From Myxococcota bacterium (GTDB taxonomy: Bacteria; Myxococcota_A; UBA9160; UBA6930): DNA of 64,000 nucleotides. The position numbers were made by a program, and so were the translations under genes. Shown piece after piece: positions 1 to 7,966 of this stretch (positions are counted from its first letter, which is position 1; each line of letters starts with the position of its first letter). The notes under the pieces were generated by a model, which saw only the letters and a program-made list of their open reading frames with translations, had not been told where the DNA came from and searched no databases. The stretch covers positions 992,001 through 1,056,000 of the forward strand of contig OZ245002.1 of the NCBI GenBank assembly GCA_965223415.1. Direction: 5' to 3'.

Positions 1-741
1 GAGGCCGAGCAGGAGGTAGGCATCGCTGCCGGGCTTCGTCTGCAGGTGCCAGTCGGCCTGCCGGGTCGTCTCGGTGTGGCGCGGGTCGACGGCGACGAGC
101 CTCTGCTCCGGGTTCTCGGCCAGCCGCTTGAAGGTGTCGTTCGGGTTGTGGCCGCGGTTCGAGACGCGTGGATTGGTCCCGAGGGTGAGGAGCAGCTTCG
201 TGTTCTCCACGTCCGGGTGGAACCAGTTCTGCGGCGGCGAGTCGAACATCCACTGGTCGACGAGGAAGTGCTGGGTCTTCTCCTGGGCCAGCGCACAGAA
301 CCACCACGGCGAGCCGATCGCGTCCATGAAGCTGAGCGCGTAGGTGCCGTCCATGTGGTTCGCCTGCCCGCCGACGCCAGCCAGGGCAATCGCGTTGGGG
401 GAGTGCTCCTCGCGGATCGCGGCGAGCTTGGCGGCGATCTCGCGGATCGCCGTGTCCCAGTCGATGCGCTCGAAGCTGCCGTCGGCGCGCCGCCGCAGGG
501 GGTGCCGTGTGCGTTGGTCGTGGTGGGCGTAGCGGGCGATGCTGAAGCCCTTGTTACAGACGTAGCCCTTCGAGATCGGGTTCGTCTCGTCGGCGCGCAC
601 CTTCGCGATCCGGCCGTCCTTCACGTCCACCCGCAGGCCGCAGTTGTGGCTGCAGAGCACGCAGACCGTGGGCAGGCCCTCTGCGTCGAGGGGAAGGGGC
701 GCCTTCGAGATGGCGGGATCCACGTGGGCGACGTCGTTCAT
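1..741 (-). CDS. Molybdopterin-dependent oxidoreductase, N-terminal part (runs off window)
   Basis: Manual translation from ATG at 741: MNDVAHVD...TVCVLCSHNCGLRVDVKDGRIAKVRADETNPISKGYVCNKG (CxxCxxxC...C 4Fe-4S motif), PLRRRADGSFERIDWDTA, LVAVDPRHTETTRQAD. Not in the ORF track. Confidence 0.9.
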   Translation of the reverse strand, partial: MNDVAHVDPAISKAPLPLDAEGLPTVCVLCSHNCGLRVDVKDGRIAKVRADETNPISKGYVCNKGFSIARYAHHDQRTRHPLRRRADGSFERIDWDTAIREIAAKLAAIREEHSPNAIALAGVGGQANHMDGTYALSFMDAIGSPWWFCALAQEKTQHFLVDQWMFDSPPQNWFHPDVENTKLLLTLGTNPRVSNRGHNPNDTFKRLAENPEQRLVAVDPRHTETTRQADWHLQTKPGSDAYLLLGL

Positions 742-774
742 GGGGTCTCCTGGCGGGGCGCCTCGATCAGGTGA

Positions 775-789
775 GTTGCGAAATGAAAC
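775..789. promoter_or_regulatory. Imperfect palindrome GTTGCGAAATGAAAC, candidate HxlR operator
   Basis: GTTnC-N5-GnAAC dyad in the AT-rich spacer between the divergent oxidoreductase and HxlR genes. Confidence 0.3.
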
Positions 790-813
790 CATATAGGGTC
801 TCCTCCCACAACC

Positions 814-1296
814 ATGCGGTGGGACGAGATCGGCACCCAGACCTGCTCTATCGCCCGGGCGCTGGGCGAGATCGGCGACCGCTGGAGCCTGCTCGTGCTG
901 CGAGAGGCCTTCCTTCGCACCCGTCGCTTCGGCGACTTCGTGGAGCGCACGGGCGCCTCGCGGAACCTGGTCGCCGACCGCCTCCACAAGCTGGTCGGCG
1001 CGGGGATCCTCGAACGCCGCCGCTACCAGGAGCACCCGCCGCGCGACGCGTATCGGCTCACGGAGAAGGGCCGGGATCTCTACCCGGTCATGATGGCCCT
1101 GGTGCGCTGGGGCGACCGCTGGCACGACGACGGGCGCGGCGCGCCGGTGGAGCACGTGCACCGGAGCTGCGGGCAGGCCATGCACGCGGAGCCAGTCTGC
1201 TCCGAGTGTGGGGAACGCCTCGACCCGCGGCAGGTCGCGGTGCGCGCGGGCCCGGCGCTGGGCGGCAGCCGCGAGGGCGCGCGTTTCAGGGAGTGA
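814..1296 (+). CDS. HxlR-family winged-helix transcriptional regulator
   Basis: CSIARALGEIGDRWSLLVLREAF...RRF...YRLTEKGRDLYPV; C-terminal H-x-x-C...CSECG. Confidence 0.92.
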   Translation: MRWDEIGTQTCSIARALGEIGDRWSLLVLREAFLRTRRFGDFVERTGASRNLVADRLHKLVGAGILERRRYQEHPPRDAYRLTEKGRDLYPVMMALVRWGDRWHDDGRGAPVEHVHRSCGQAMHAEPVCSECGERLDPRQVAVRAGPALGGSREGARFRE

Positions 1297-2290
1297 TCAC
1301 GATCTTGCCGACCACCCTGCGCTCGGCCAGATCACGGATCGACTCGGCGACCCGCTCGAGGGGCCGCACCGCCTGGATCTCGGGCAGGAGCTCGCCCTTC
1401 GCGACCAGCTCGAGCACCGCGCCCTGGTCCGCCGGCGTCCAGCCGTTCGAGCCGAGGATCGTCTGCTCGTAGGTCCAAATGAAGCGGATGTCCGTCGGCG
1501 GCGCATAGCCGGCGGTGGCGCCGCAGGTGATCATGCGACCGTGGGCGCCGAGGCAGCGCAGGGCGGCGGCCCAGGTATCGCCGCCGATGTAGTTGACGAC
1601 CACGTCGACGCCTCCGCCTCCCAGCATGTGCGGCTTGCCGAAACGCTCGTGGACCGCCGCGACGAAGTCCTGCTTCGAGGTATCGATCAGGTGGTCGGCC
1701 CCGAGGGCGCGGAGTCGCTCGAGCTTCCAGTCCGCACTGCCGGCCACGATCATCTCCGCGCCGATCCGCTTGCCGAGCTGGAGACAGGCGACGCCGACCC
1801 CACCCGTGGCACCGAGCACGAGCACCTTCTCGCCCTTCTTCACGCCTCCGCGCGCGTGCATCAAGCGGTGGGCGGTGCCGTAGGCGATCGGCAGGCTGGC
1901 CGCCTGCTCGAAGGAGACGCCATCCGGGATGGGAAGCAGGCTGGTCACCGGGATGCGCACCCGCTCGCAGGCGGCGCCGAGGCGGGTCTCCCCGGTCATG
2001 CCTTCGCCGGGCACGAAGGGGTGGGGGCAGACCCGGTCGCCGATCGTCCATCGCCCCGCGTCCGTGTTGGGACCGAAGGCGACGATGCGGCCGGCGACGT
2101 CGCCGCAGGGAACCATCGGCAGGGGCGTCTTCAAGCCGGTCGTGCCGCCGACGATCATCGGATCGAAGCCGTTGATGGAGGTCGCGGCGACCTCGAGGAC
2201 GACGTCGCCGGAGCGCGGCTCGGGATCCGGGAAGGACTCGACCCGGATCTCCTCCGGGCTTCCGTGGCGATGGAACACGGCGGCGCGCAC
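1286..2290 (-). CDS. MDR-family (quinone-oxidoreductase-like) NAD(P)H oxidoreductase
   Basis: MDR fold, VLVLGATGGVG nucleotide motif, ends in GKIVITP; GTG start with GAGGG upstream. Confidence 0.88.
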   Translation of the reverse strand: MRAAVFHRHGSPEEIRVESFPDPEPRSGDVVLEVAATSINGFDPMIVGGTTGLKTPLPMVPCGDVAGRIVAFGPNTDAGRWTIGDRVCPHPFVPGEGMTGETRLGAACERVRIPVTSLLPIPDGVSFEQAASLPIAYGTAHRLMHARGGVKKGEKVLVLGATGGVGVACLQLGKRIGAEMIVAGSADWKLERLRALGADHLIDTSKQDFVAAVHERFGKPHMLGGGGVDVVVNYIGGDTWAAALRCLGAHGRMITCGATAGYAPPTDIRFIWTYEQTILGSNGWTPADQGAVLELVAKGELLPEIQAVRPLERVAESIRDLAERRVVGKIVITP

Positions 2291-2347
2291 GTCCCTCTTC
2301 TAGCCCATCCGGCGCAGGCGCACCGGGTCTCGTAGGATGGATCGGCC

Positions 2348-4381
2348 ATGCGCGTCTTCCTCCCGGCCATCGTCGCGCTCGCACTGGCCCACGGTGCCGG
2401 TGGGGAGACGTCGCCAATCGTGGCGCGCTCGGAGCTGCCGGGGGGTGGCAGCGCAGGGGACGTCTTCTTCCTGCCCGCAGCGGAAGGAGCGGTCGCCGTG
2501 GGCGCCGCCCACTCCTTCGACCGCGCCCAGCTTGCCGAGGCGCTGGAGATCCACTTCCTGGGGCCCGGAGGGGAGCCGATCGCCCGCTCGCGTCGCTACT
2601 TCGCGCCCCCCGGTCGCCCCTACCACGCAGCGGGGGCGACGATGCGGGACGACTTCCTCGTGTTCGCCCTGCCGGAGCCGCCCCGCGGCGTGCGCGTCCT
2701 CGAGCCGGCGCCGGCGCTGCCCGGGGAGGGCGCGGCGCTCCGCATCGTGAACGCGTCGGGAAGCGAGATCCGCGGCCGGGTCGCCCGAAGCGATGGAGCA
2801 CGCATCGAGGTGGACCTGGAAGGGCTGCCGGACCTACGCGGCTGGGGCGGTGCGCCGGTGCTCGAGGGGGAGAGCGGGCGGGTGATCGGGCTGCTCCAGG
2901 CCGCCTGGCCGGCCGGGGGACGTTGGCGGGCCGGGGTGGGGCCGATCGGAGGCGTGCTGGAGGCGATCGCCCGGCCCTACGACGGGGGACTGGGACGCCT
3001 CTTCGCGACGGAGGCCCCGCAGGCGAGCGCGGCCAACAGCCCCCTCGCCCGGCGGCGCGAGGCGACCGGCTCCGCCCACGGCGATCCGGGCGCCGAGGCG
3101 ACTCGGCTCGCGGTGGCGAGCGCCGCCCAGCGCGCACCGCAGCCGCCGCGCGCGCGCGAGGGCCCACCCTCCCTCGCGATCGAGTACCCGCCCCGGGGCA
3201 GCCGTATCGGGGATGCGGGCGTCGCCTTCGTGAGCGGCCACGCCACGGCGGTGGGCCCCAGCGGCGGACGCTTCGACCTGGTGATCGTCCTCGACGTGTC
3301 GGACTCGACGAGCGCGCCCTCGGGCGCGGACGTGGACGGCGACGGCGTGGTCGGACACCCGGTGGCGGCGCGCTTCGGGGCGAGCAGCGACCCGGGGGAT
3401 TCGATCCTCGCCGCCGAGACCGCGGCGGCGCGGCGCCTGCTCAGCGGGCTGGACGCCCGTCGCACCCGGGTCGGCCTGATCGTCTTCGGCGGAGACGCGA
3501 TCGTCAGCCCGGGCCTGGGGCGGGGCGTGGTGCAGGTGAAGCGCGCCGCCCTCACCGTCGAGCCGCTGACCTCGGACGTGGCCCGCATCGAGCGCGCCCT
3601 CTCGGAGCTGCGCGAGCCGAGCCCCGGAGAGGCCACCCACATGGCCGCCGGCATCGACCAGGCCACCCTCGAGCTGCTGGGCCTGCGTGGGGCCCTCTCC
3701 CGCACGGATCGGGGCAGCGAGAAGATCGCCCTCTTCTTCACCGACGGGCGGCCCACCCTGCCGGTACCCGATTCGGAGGCGGCCAACGTGCGCGCCGTGC
3801 TCGAGGCCGCGCGCCGCGCCCGCGCCCTGGGCGTGCGCATCCACTCCTTCGCCCTCGGCCCCGAAGCCCTCGCCGGCCCGATCGCTCCCGTGGAGATGGC
3901 GGCGATCACCGACGGCCTCTTCACCCCGGTGCGCCACCCGGGGGAGCTGGCGCGCTTCGTGGACACCGTGCGCTTCGCCGCGGTGGACGAGGTCGTCGCC
4001 CGGAACGCGACGAGCGGCCAGCCGGCCCACCAGGTTCGCCTGCACGCGGACGGAGCCTGGGAGGCCCTCGTCCCCCTCGAGCCCGGGGAGAACCGGCTGG
4101 AGATCGTGGCCCGGGCCGACGATCGGCAGCGCCGGGAGGAGATCGTCGTCGTGCACGAGCCGGCCGCCGCCGGCCCGCCCATTCCCGCCGAGCTGGTGGC
4201 GCGCCGCGGGCAGCTCCTGCGCGGCCGCCTCGAAGCCCTCGAACGCGAGCGCATGCAGCGCATTCGCAAGGAGCTGGTCATCGAAATCGAGCGCGAGCGC
4301 ACCGCAGCCGTGGAACGCGCCCGGCGGATGCGCAAGAAGCTCCGCATCGAGGTGGAGCGACGGAATCCCGGCGAGCCCTAG
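2348..4381 (+). CDS. Secreted vWA-domain protein with N-terminal trypsin-like domain
   Basis: Signal peptide; MIDAS LDVSDST...T...FTDGRPT; N-terminal AAH...D...GWGGAPV. Confidence 0.8.
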   Translation: MRVFLPAIVALALAHGAGGETSPIVARSELPGGGSAGDVFFLPAAEGAVAVGAAHSFDRAQLAEALEIHFLGPGGEPIARSRRYFAPPGRPYHAAGATMRDDFLVFALPEPPRGVRVLEPAPALPGEGAALRIVNASGSEIRGRVARSDGARIEVDLEGLPDLRGWGGAPVLEGESGRVIGLLQAAWPAGGRWRAGVGPIGGVLEAIARPYDGGLGRLFATEAPQASAANSPLARRREATGSAHGDPGAEATRLAVASAAQRAPQPPRAREGPPSLAIEYPPRGSRIGDAGVAFVSGHATAVGPSGGRFDLVIVLDVSDSTSAPSGADVDGDGVVGHPVAARFGASSDPGDSILAAETAAARRLLSGLDARRTRVGLIVFGGDAIVSPGLGRGVVQVKRAALTVEPLTSDVARIERALSELREPSPGEATHMAAGIDQATLELLGLRGALSRTDRGSEKIALFFTDGRPTLPVPDSEAANVRAVLEAARRARALGVRIHSFALGPEALAGPIAPVEMAAITDGLFTPVRHPGELARFVDTVRFAAVDEVVARNATSGQPAHQVRLHADGAWEALVPLEPGENRLEIVARADDRQRREEIVVVHEPAAAGPPIPAELVARRGQLLRGRLEALERERMQRIRKELVIEIERERTAAVERARRMRKKLRIEVERRNPGEP

Positions 4382-4506
4382 GGCCCGTCTCGGAGATATC
4401 CTGCGCGCCCGTCTCACCGAGGAAGGCCGGTACGCGCTCCACGTTTCTGAGACCGGCCCTGGGTCGAGCGAGCTAGACTGCGGCCTGCAGGCAGGAGGAC
4501 GGGTTC

Positions 4507-4848
4507 GTGACGGATCGGGTCTGGCGTGTGTTCCAGGTGGAGGACGTGATCCAGGAGCTCGAAGGGGATGGGAGCCCCTACCGCGAGTTCCTCCGCGTCC
4601 CCTCGCTCTCCTGCGGCATCTATCGTCTGGCCGCAGGCGCCAAGGACCTCCAGGGCCCCCACGACGAGGACGAGGTCTACTTCGTCCTCGACGGCCGGGC
4701 GCGGCTGCGCGTCGACGGCGAGGAGCAGGAGGTGCGCCGCGGCTCCATCCTCTACGTCCGCGCGACCTCCGAGCACTCCTTCGTCGAGATCCTCGAAGAC
4801 ATCACCCTCCTCGTCTTCTTCGCCAGCGGCGGACCCGGAGCCAGCTGA
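4507..4848 (+). CDS. Cupin domain protein
   Basis: QGPHDEDEVYFVLDGR...EHSF cupin motifs; GGAGG RBS. Confidence 0.88.
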   Translation: MTDRVWRVFQVEDVIQELEGDGSPYREFLRVPSLSCGIYRLAAGAKDLQGPHDEDEVYFVLDGRARLRVDGEEQEVRRGSILYVRATSEHSFVEILEDITLLVFFASGGPGAS

Positions 4849-4853
4849 GGGAC

Positions 4854-5112
4854 GCCGCTTCGCTCCTCCCAGGTTGATCGCGCCTGCAACCGGGGCCCGC
4901 GTCGCCGGCTCCGCGCCCGGGCCGGGCCGGGCGGAAGAAAACCGCAGGCAGGCACGATGCCCGCCGTGGGCGCTGGTCGCCGCCGGCCGAAGGCCGGAGA
5001 CGGCGACCCGTCCATGCGGCTCACGACGCGGGCTTCGCGTCCCGGCCGAGCCATGGAGCCCGGCCCGGGTCGGGAGCCGGCGACTCGATGCGGGCGGAGA
5101 GAGCGAAGCGGC
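4854..5112 (-). ncRNA. Candidate large structured RNA or MITE-like element filling a convergent intergenic region
   Basis: Three nested perfect 12-bp helices (4854-4865/5101-5112, 4901-4912/5073-5084, 4916-4927/5058-5069), several internal hairpins and a 10-nt long-range complementarity. Strand is tentative. Confidence 0.55.
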
Positions 5113-5113
5113 C

Positions 5114-6253
5114 TCAGTTCGGGAGCTGGGGGTCCTGCTGGAGGAGGGCGGCCTGGGCCATGAGCTCGCGGAACTTGCTGCGCTCGATGCGTTCCTCGAA
5201 GCCCGCGCGGCGGAGGCGGTGGAAGTACTCCTCCACCTGCTTGATCTGGAGGAGGCCGACGATCTCGACGCCCTTCTGGATCTGCTCGGGCTTCGTGCCC
5301 TTGCCCGCCAGGACGATCATGGCCTCGAAGAGGGAAGAGTCGAACTGGCTGAGGGTGAGGTTCTCGGCCTCATCGAGAGCCAGGTGGAGCTGCTCGCGGC
5401 GCTCGGGGCTGTGGTCGACGATCCACTTCAGGTGCTGCAGGCCGTAGGAGACGTGCCGCGCCTCGTCCTGCATGACGAGCTGGAACATCTTCTTGTCCAC
5501 CGGCGTCGGCGAGATGAACTCGCTGAAGCGGAAGAGGGTGAGGATGTTTCCCTCGGCCAGCAGGTGCATGAAGGCGCTGGCCTCGCTGTAGGTGTCGCCA
5601 TCCAGGATGGCCTTGAGGGAGTGCTCGACCTGGGGCAGGGCCTCCATCAGGCCCACACCGCCGGCCAGCGCGCGCTTGCGGAAGACCTCCGCATGGCGCG
5701 CCTCGTCGATGGCCTGGGTGGCAATGAAGTGCTTCACCTCGTGGAACTGGTTGTTCATGCGCCACAGCCACTTGGCCGGCAGGTCCGTGGCGATCATCTC
5801 CACCTCGGTGAAGAAGGTGCAGAGCTGGGCGAAGGCGATCTCCACCTCCTGGGAGCGCTCGCAGTCGGGCAACTCGTGCCAGGGCACGTCGGTGGTGGCG
5901 TCCCACTGGCGACTCATCGCCTCTTCCGTGAAGGAGGCCACCTTGTAGGCCCAGACGTCGCTCTTGCGGTTCAGCTCGGGGCCGAGATCGGCCTGGCCCG
6001 CCACGTCGTAGGCGGCGCCCCGCGGCGCGGCACCCCGGGGCCCGCGCGGAATCTCCGGAAGATCGTCGAAGCCGTAGCTGCCCCGGTTCAGATCCAGGTA
6101 GGTAAGCCCACGGCGATGGTTCTCCGCGTTCACCTCGACCTGCTCGGTGCCGGCCTGCATCCAGGCGAGGTCGAGGTTGCCCTTGCGGATGTCCTTCATG
6201 CGCTGGACGAAGTCGCCGTTCTCGACGTAGTCGGTGGGGCCGTAGTAGCTCAT
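5114..6253 (-). CDS. Ferritin-like diiron-carboxylate protein (ligand-complete)
   Basis: FFTEVEMIA, IDEARHAE, HLLAEG, QDEARHVSYG: E...ExxH...E...ExxH pattern. Confidence 0.85.
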   Translation of the reverse strand: MSYYGPTDYVENGDFVQRMKDIRKGNLDLAWMQAGTEQVEVNAENHRRGLTYLDLNRGSYGFDDLPEIPRGPRGAAPRGAAYDVAGQADLGPELNRKSDVWAYKVASFTEEAMSRQWDATTDVPWHELPDCERSQEVEIAFAQLCTFFTEVEMIATDLPAKWLWRMNNQFHEVKHFIATQAIDEARHAEVFRKRALAGGVGLMEALPQVEHSLKAILDGDTYSEASAFMHLLAEGNILTLFRFSEFISPTPVDKKMFQLVMQDEARHVSYGLQHLKWIVDHSPERREQLHLALDEAENLTLSQFDSSLFEAMIVLAGKGTKPEQIQKGVEIVGLLQIKQVEEYFHRLRRAGFEERIERSKFRELMAQAALLQQDPQLPN

Positions 6254-6262
6254 GAATGGTCC

Positions 6263-7345
6263 TCAGTCCTGGAGCAGGGCCAGGAATTGCGAGATGGGGC
6301 TGCGCCCGCGGCGATCGCCGAGGCCGGCGGCCTCGCAGCGGCGGGCGTACTCCTCGAAGCAGCGGGCGTAGAGGTCGGCCACCGGCCCGAGCCCGTCGCT
6401 CAGCACGATCAGCGGCTCGATCACTTCGCGAGCGCCGAGGGCGCCGACCATTCCGTTCTCCATCAGGTCGAGGTGGCCGTTCAGCGCATCCCGCTCGGCA
6501 GGGCGCGAGGCCACCAACGAGCGAACGTGGTCCACGCCGTAGGCGATGAAGCGCGTCGCGTCCTGCATGAGACGCGCGCCGAGGAAGGTGTCCGCCTCGT
6601 TGCGCGACGCCCACTCCCAGTGGCGGCCGAGGCCCTGCACGAAGGAGAAGAGCATCAGGTTCATCGAGGCCGAGGCGCAGGGGTAGGTGCCGGACTCGAT
6701 CACCATCTTGAGCAGGTCGCCCAGCTCGGCGGAATCGCGGCCCAGGTGCCCGGCACCGTAGAGGGCGCGCTTGCGAAAGGCCTCGGCGATGCGCGCGGCG
6801 TCGATCATCTGCAGGCACATCAGGTACTTGATCTCGTGGAACTCCTGGTTCATCAGGAACTCCCAACGCGCCGGGAGGTCGCAGGTGACCAGACCGATCG
6901 AGACCAGGTCGGTGGCGAGCTGGCGCAGCGCCGCGTCCTGCTCCGCGCCGAGCTCGGCCCCGTCGAGGGCCTCCCAGGGCACGTCGCGGGCCGGCCGCCA
7001 GTGCCGGGTCTTGCCCTCCTCGTAGATCCGGGTCGCCGCGTCCGCCCACAGCTCGCTCTTGCGGTTCAGGCGGTAGCCCAGCGAGGGAAGGTTCGCGGGC
7101 AGAATGGCGCCGCGGGGTGCCATCGAGAAGTTGTGGCGGACGATTTCCGGCAGGTGCTCGGGGCCGTAGCTGCCCTTGTTGATGTCGTCGAGGGTGAGGC
7201 CGCGCTTGGGCTCGGCGGCCCGCGCCTCGATCCGCTCGCGGATGCTGTCCATCCAGTCGAGCTTGAGATCGCCGGAGAGGGTGCGCCCCAGCATCTCCAT
7301 CAGCTCGGGATCCAGAGAGAAGTCCTTCGGTGCGATGTAGGCCAT
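6263..7345 (-). CDS. Ferritin-like protein paralogue lacking the iron ligands
   Basis: Starts MAYIAPKDFS at ATG 7345; collinear with 5114-6253, but the motifs read IDAARIAE and QDATRFIAYG. Confidence 0.82.
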   Translation of the reverse strand: MAYIAPKDFSLDPELMEMLGRTLSGDLKLDWMDSIRERIEARAAEPKRGLTLDDINKGSYGPEHLPEIVRHNFSMAPRGAILPANLPSLGYRLNRKSELWADAATRIYEEGKTRHWRPARDVPWEALDGAELGAEQDAALRQLATDLVSIGLVTCDLPARWEFLMNQEFHEIKYLMCLQMIDAARIAEAFRKRALYGAGHLGRDSAELGDLLKMVIESGTYPCASASMNLMLFSFVQGLGRHWEWASRNEADTFLGARLMQDATRFIAYGVDHVRSLVASRPAERDALNGHLDLMENGMVGALGAREVIEPLIVLSDGLGPVADLYARCFEEYARRCEAAGLGDRRGRSPISQFLALLQD

Positions 7346-7353
7346 GACGAGCC

Positions 7354-7776
7354 TCAGCCGACGGCCACGTCGAGGTGACGCGCCTGGTCGAAGAACTCCT
7401 GGATCGTGGCCATGAAGCGATAGAAGCAGTCGTGGCCCTCGGCGTCCTCGTACTCGACGCTGATCACGTCGCCCACGTGGGAGAGCGTGTTCAGGGTGTG
7501 GGCGGCGTCGGCGCCGCCGTTGTCCAGGATCGAACGGACCATCTCCTTCCAGGTATCGACCGGCGCGGCAAGCACGAAGTCGAGCGCCGCGGCGTCGCCG
7601 CCCTCCGCCACCTCCACGCACTCGTAGACCTCGAAGCGGATGCGCGTGAGCTCGTCGCCGATGCGCACGCCGAAGGTCGTGTCGCAGGTGCCGAGCTTCT
7701 CGAAGGTGACCGGATCCTCGGTCGTCCGCTTCTGCAGGGCTTCGAAGAACTCGAGAGAGGGGAAGGGAATGGCCAC
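7354..7776 (-). CDS. SCP2 (sterol carrier)-like small protein
   Basis: GTG start after GAGGAGG; FPSLEFFEAL...DFVLAAPVDTWKEMV resembles SCP2-like folds. Confidence 0.65.
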   Translation of the reverse strand: MAIPFPSLEFFEALQKRTTEDPVTFEKLGTCDTTFGVRIGDELTRIRFEVYECVEVAEGGDAAALDFVLAAPVDTWKEMVRSILDNGGADAAHTLNTLSHVGDVISVEYEDAEGHDCFYRFMATIQEFFDQARHLDVAVG

Positions 7777-7804
7777 GGCGGGTCCTCCTCGAGCGCCTTG
7801 AGGT

Positions 7805-7820
7805 CGCAAGAGGCGTGCCG
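7805..7820 (-). promoter_or_regulatory. Sigma-54 (-24/-12) promoter for the SCP2/ferritin-like operon
   Basis: Minus strand CGGCACGCCTCTTGCG matches TGGCACG-N4-TTGC, about 30 nt upstream of the start codon. Confidence 0.6.
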
Positions 7821-7934
7821 TGCGAGGCGCGCCGCGGGCGCGCTCGACCGGTCGGGCGGCCCATTGCGCCCCATTCCAGTGGGCCGACCTGCCCCACTTC
7901 CGCCATGGGCAGGGCGGCACCGTTTCCCTGCCCC

Positions 7935-7950
7935 GGGCATGGGGCTTGCG
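7935..7950 (+). promoter_or_regulatory. Possible sigma-54 promoter for hemN
   Basis: GGGCATGGGGCTTGCG has GG-N10-GC spacing, but the predicted +1 lies very close to the ATG. Confidence 0.35.
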
Positions 7951-7966
7951 TCGGAGGCTCGGCAGC

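Noticed and set aside
4975..5025. GAGCCGCATG (minus strand) as group II intron domain V
   Set aside because: The complementary 3' half of D5 and domain VI are missing, and there is no reverse transcriptase
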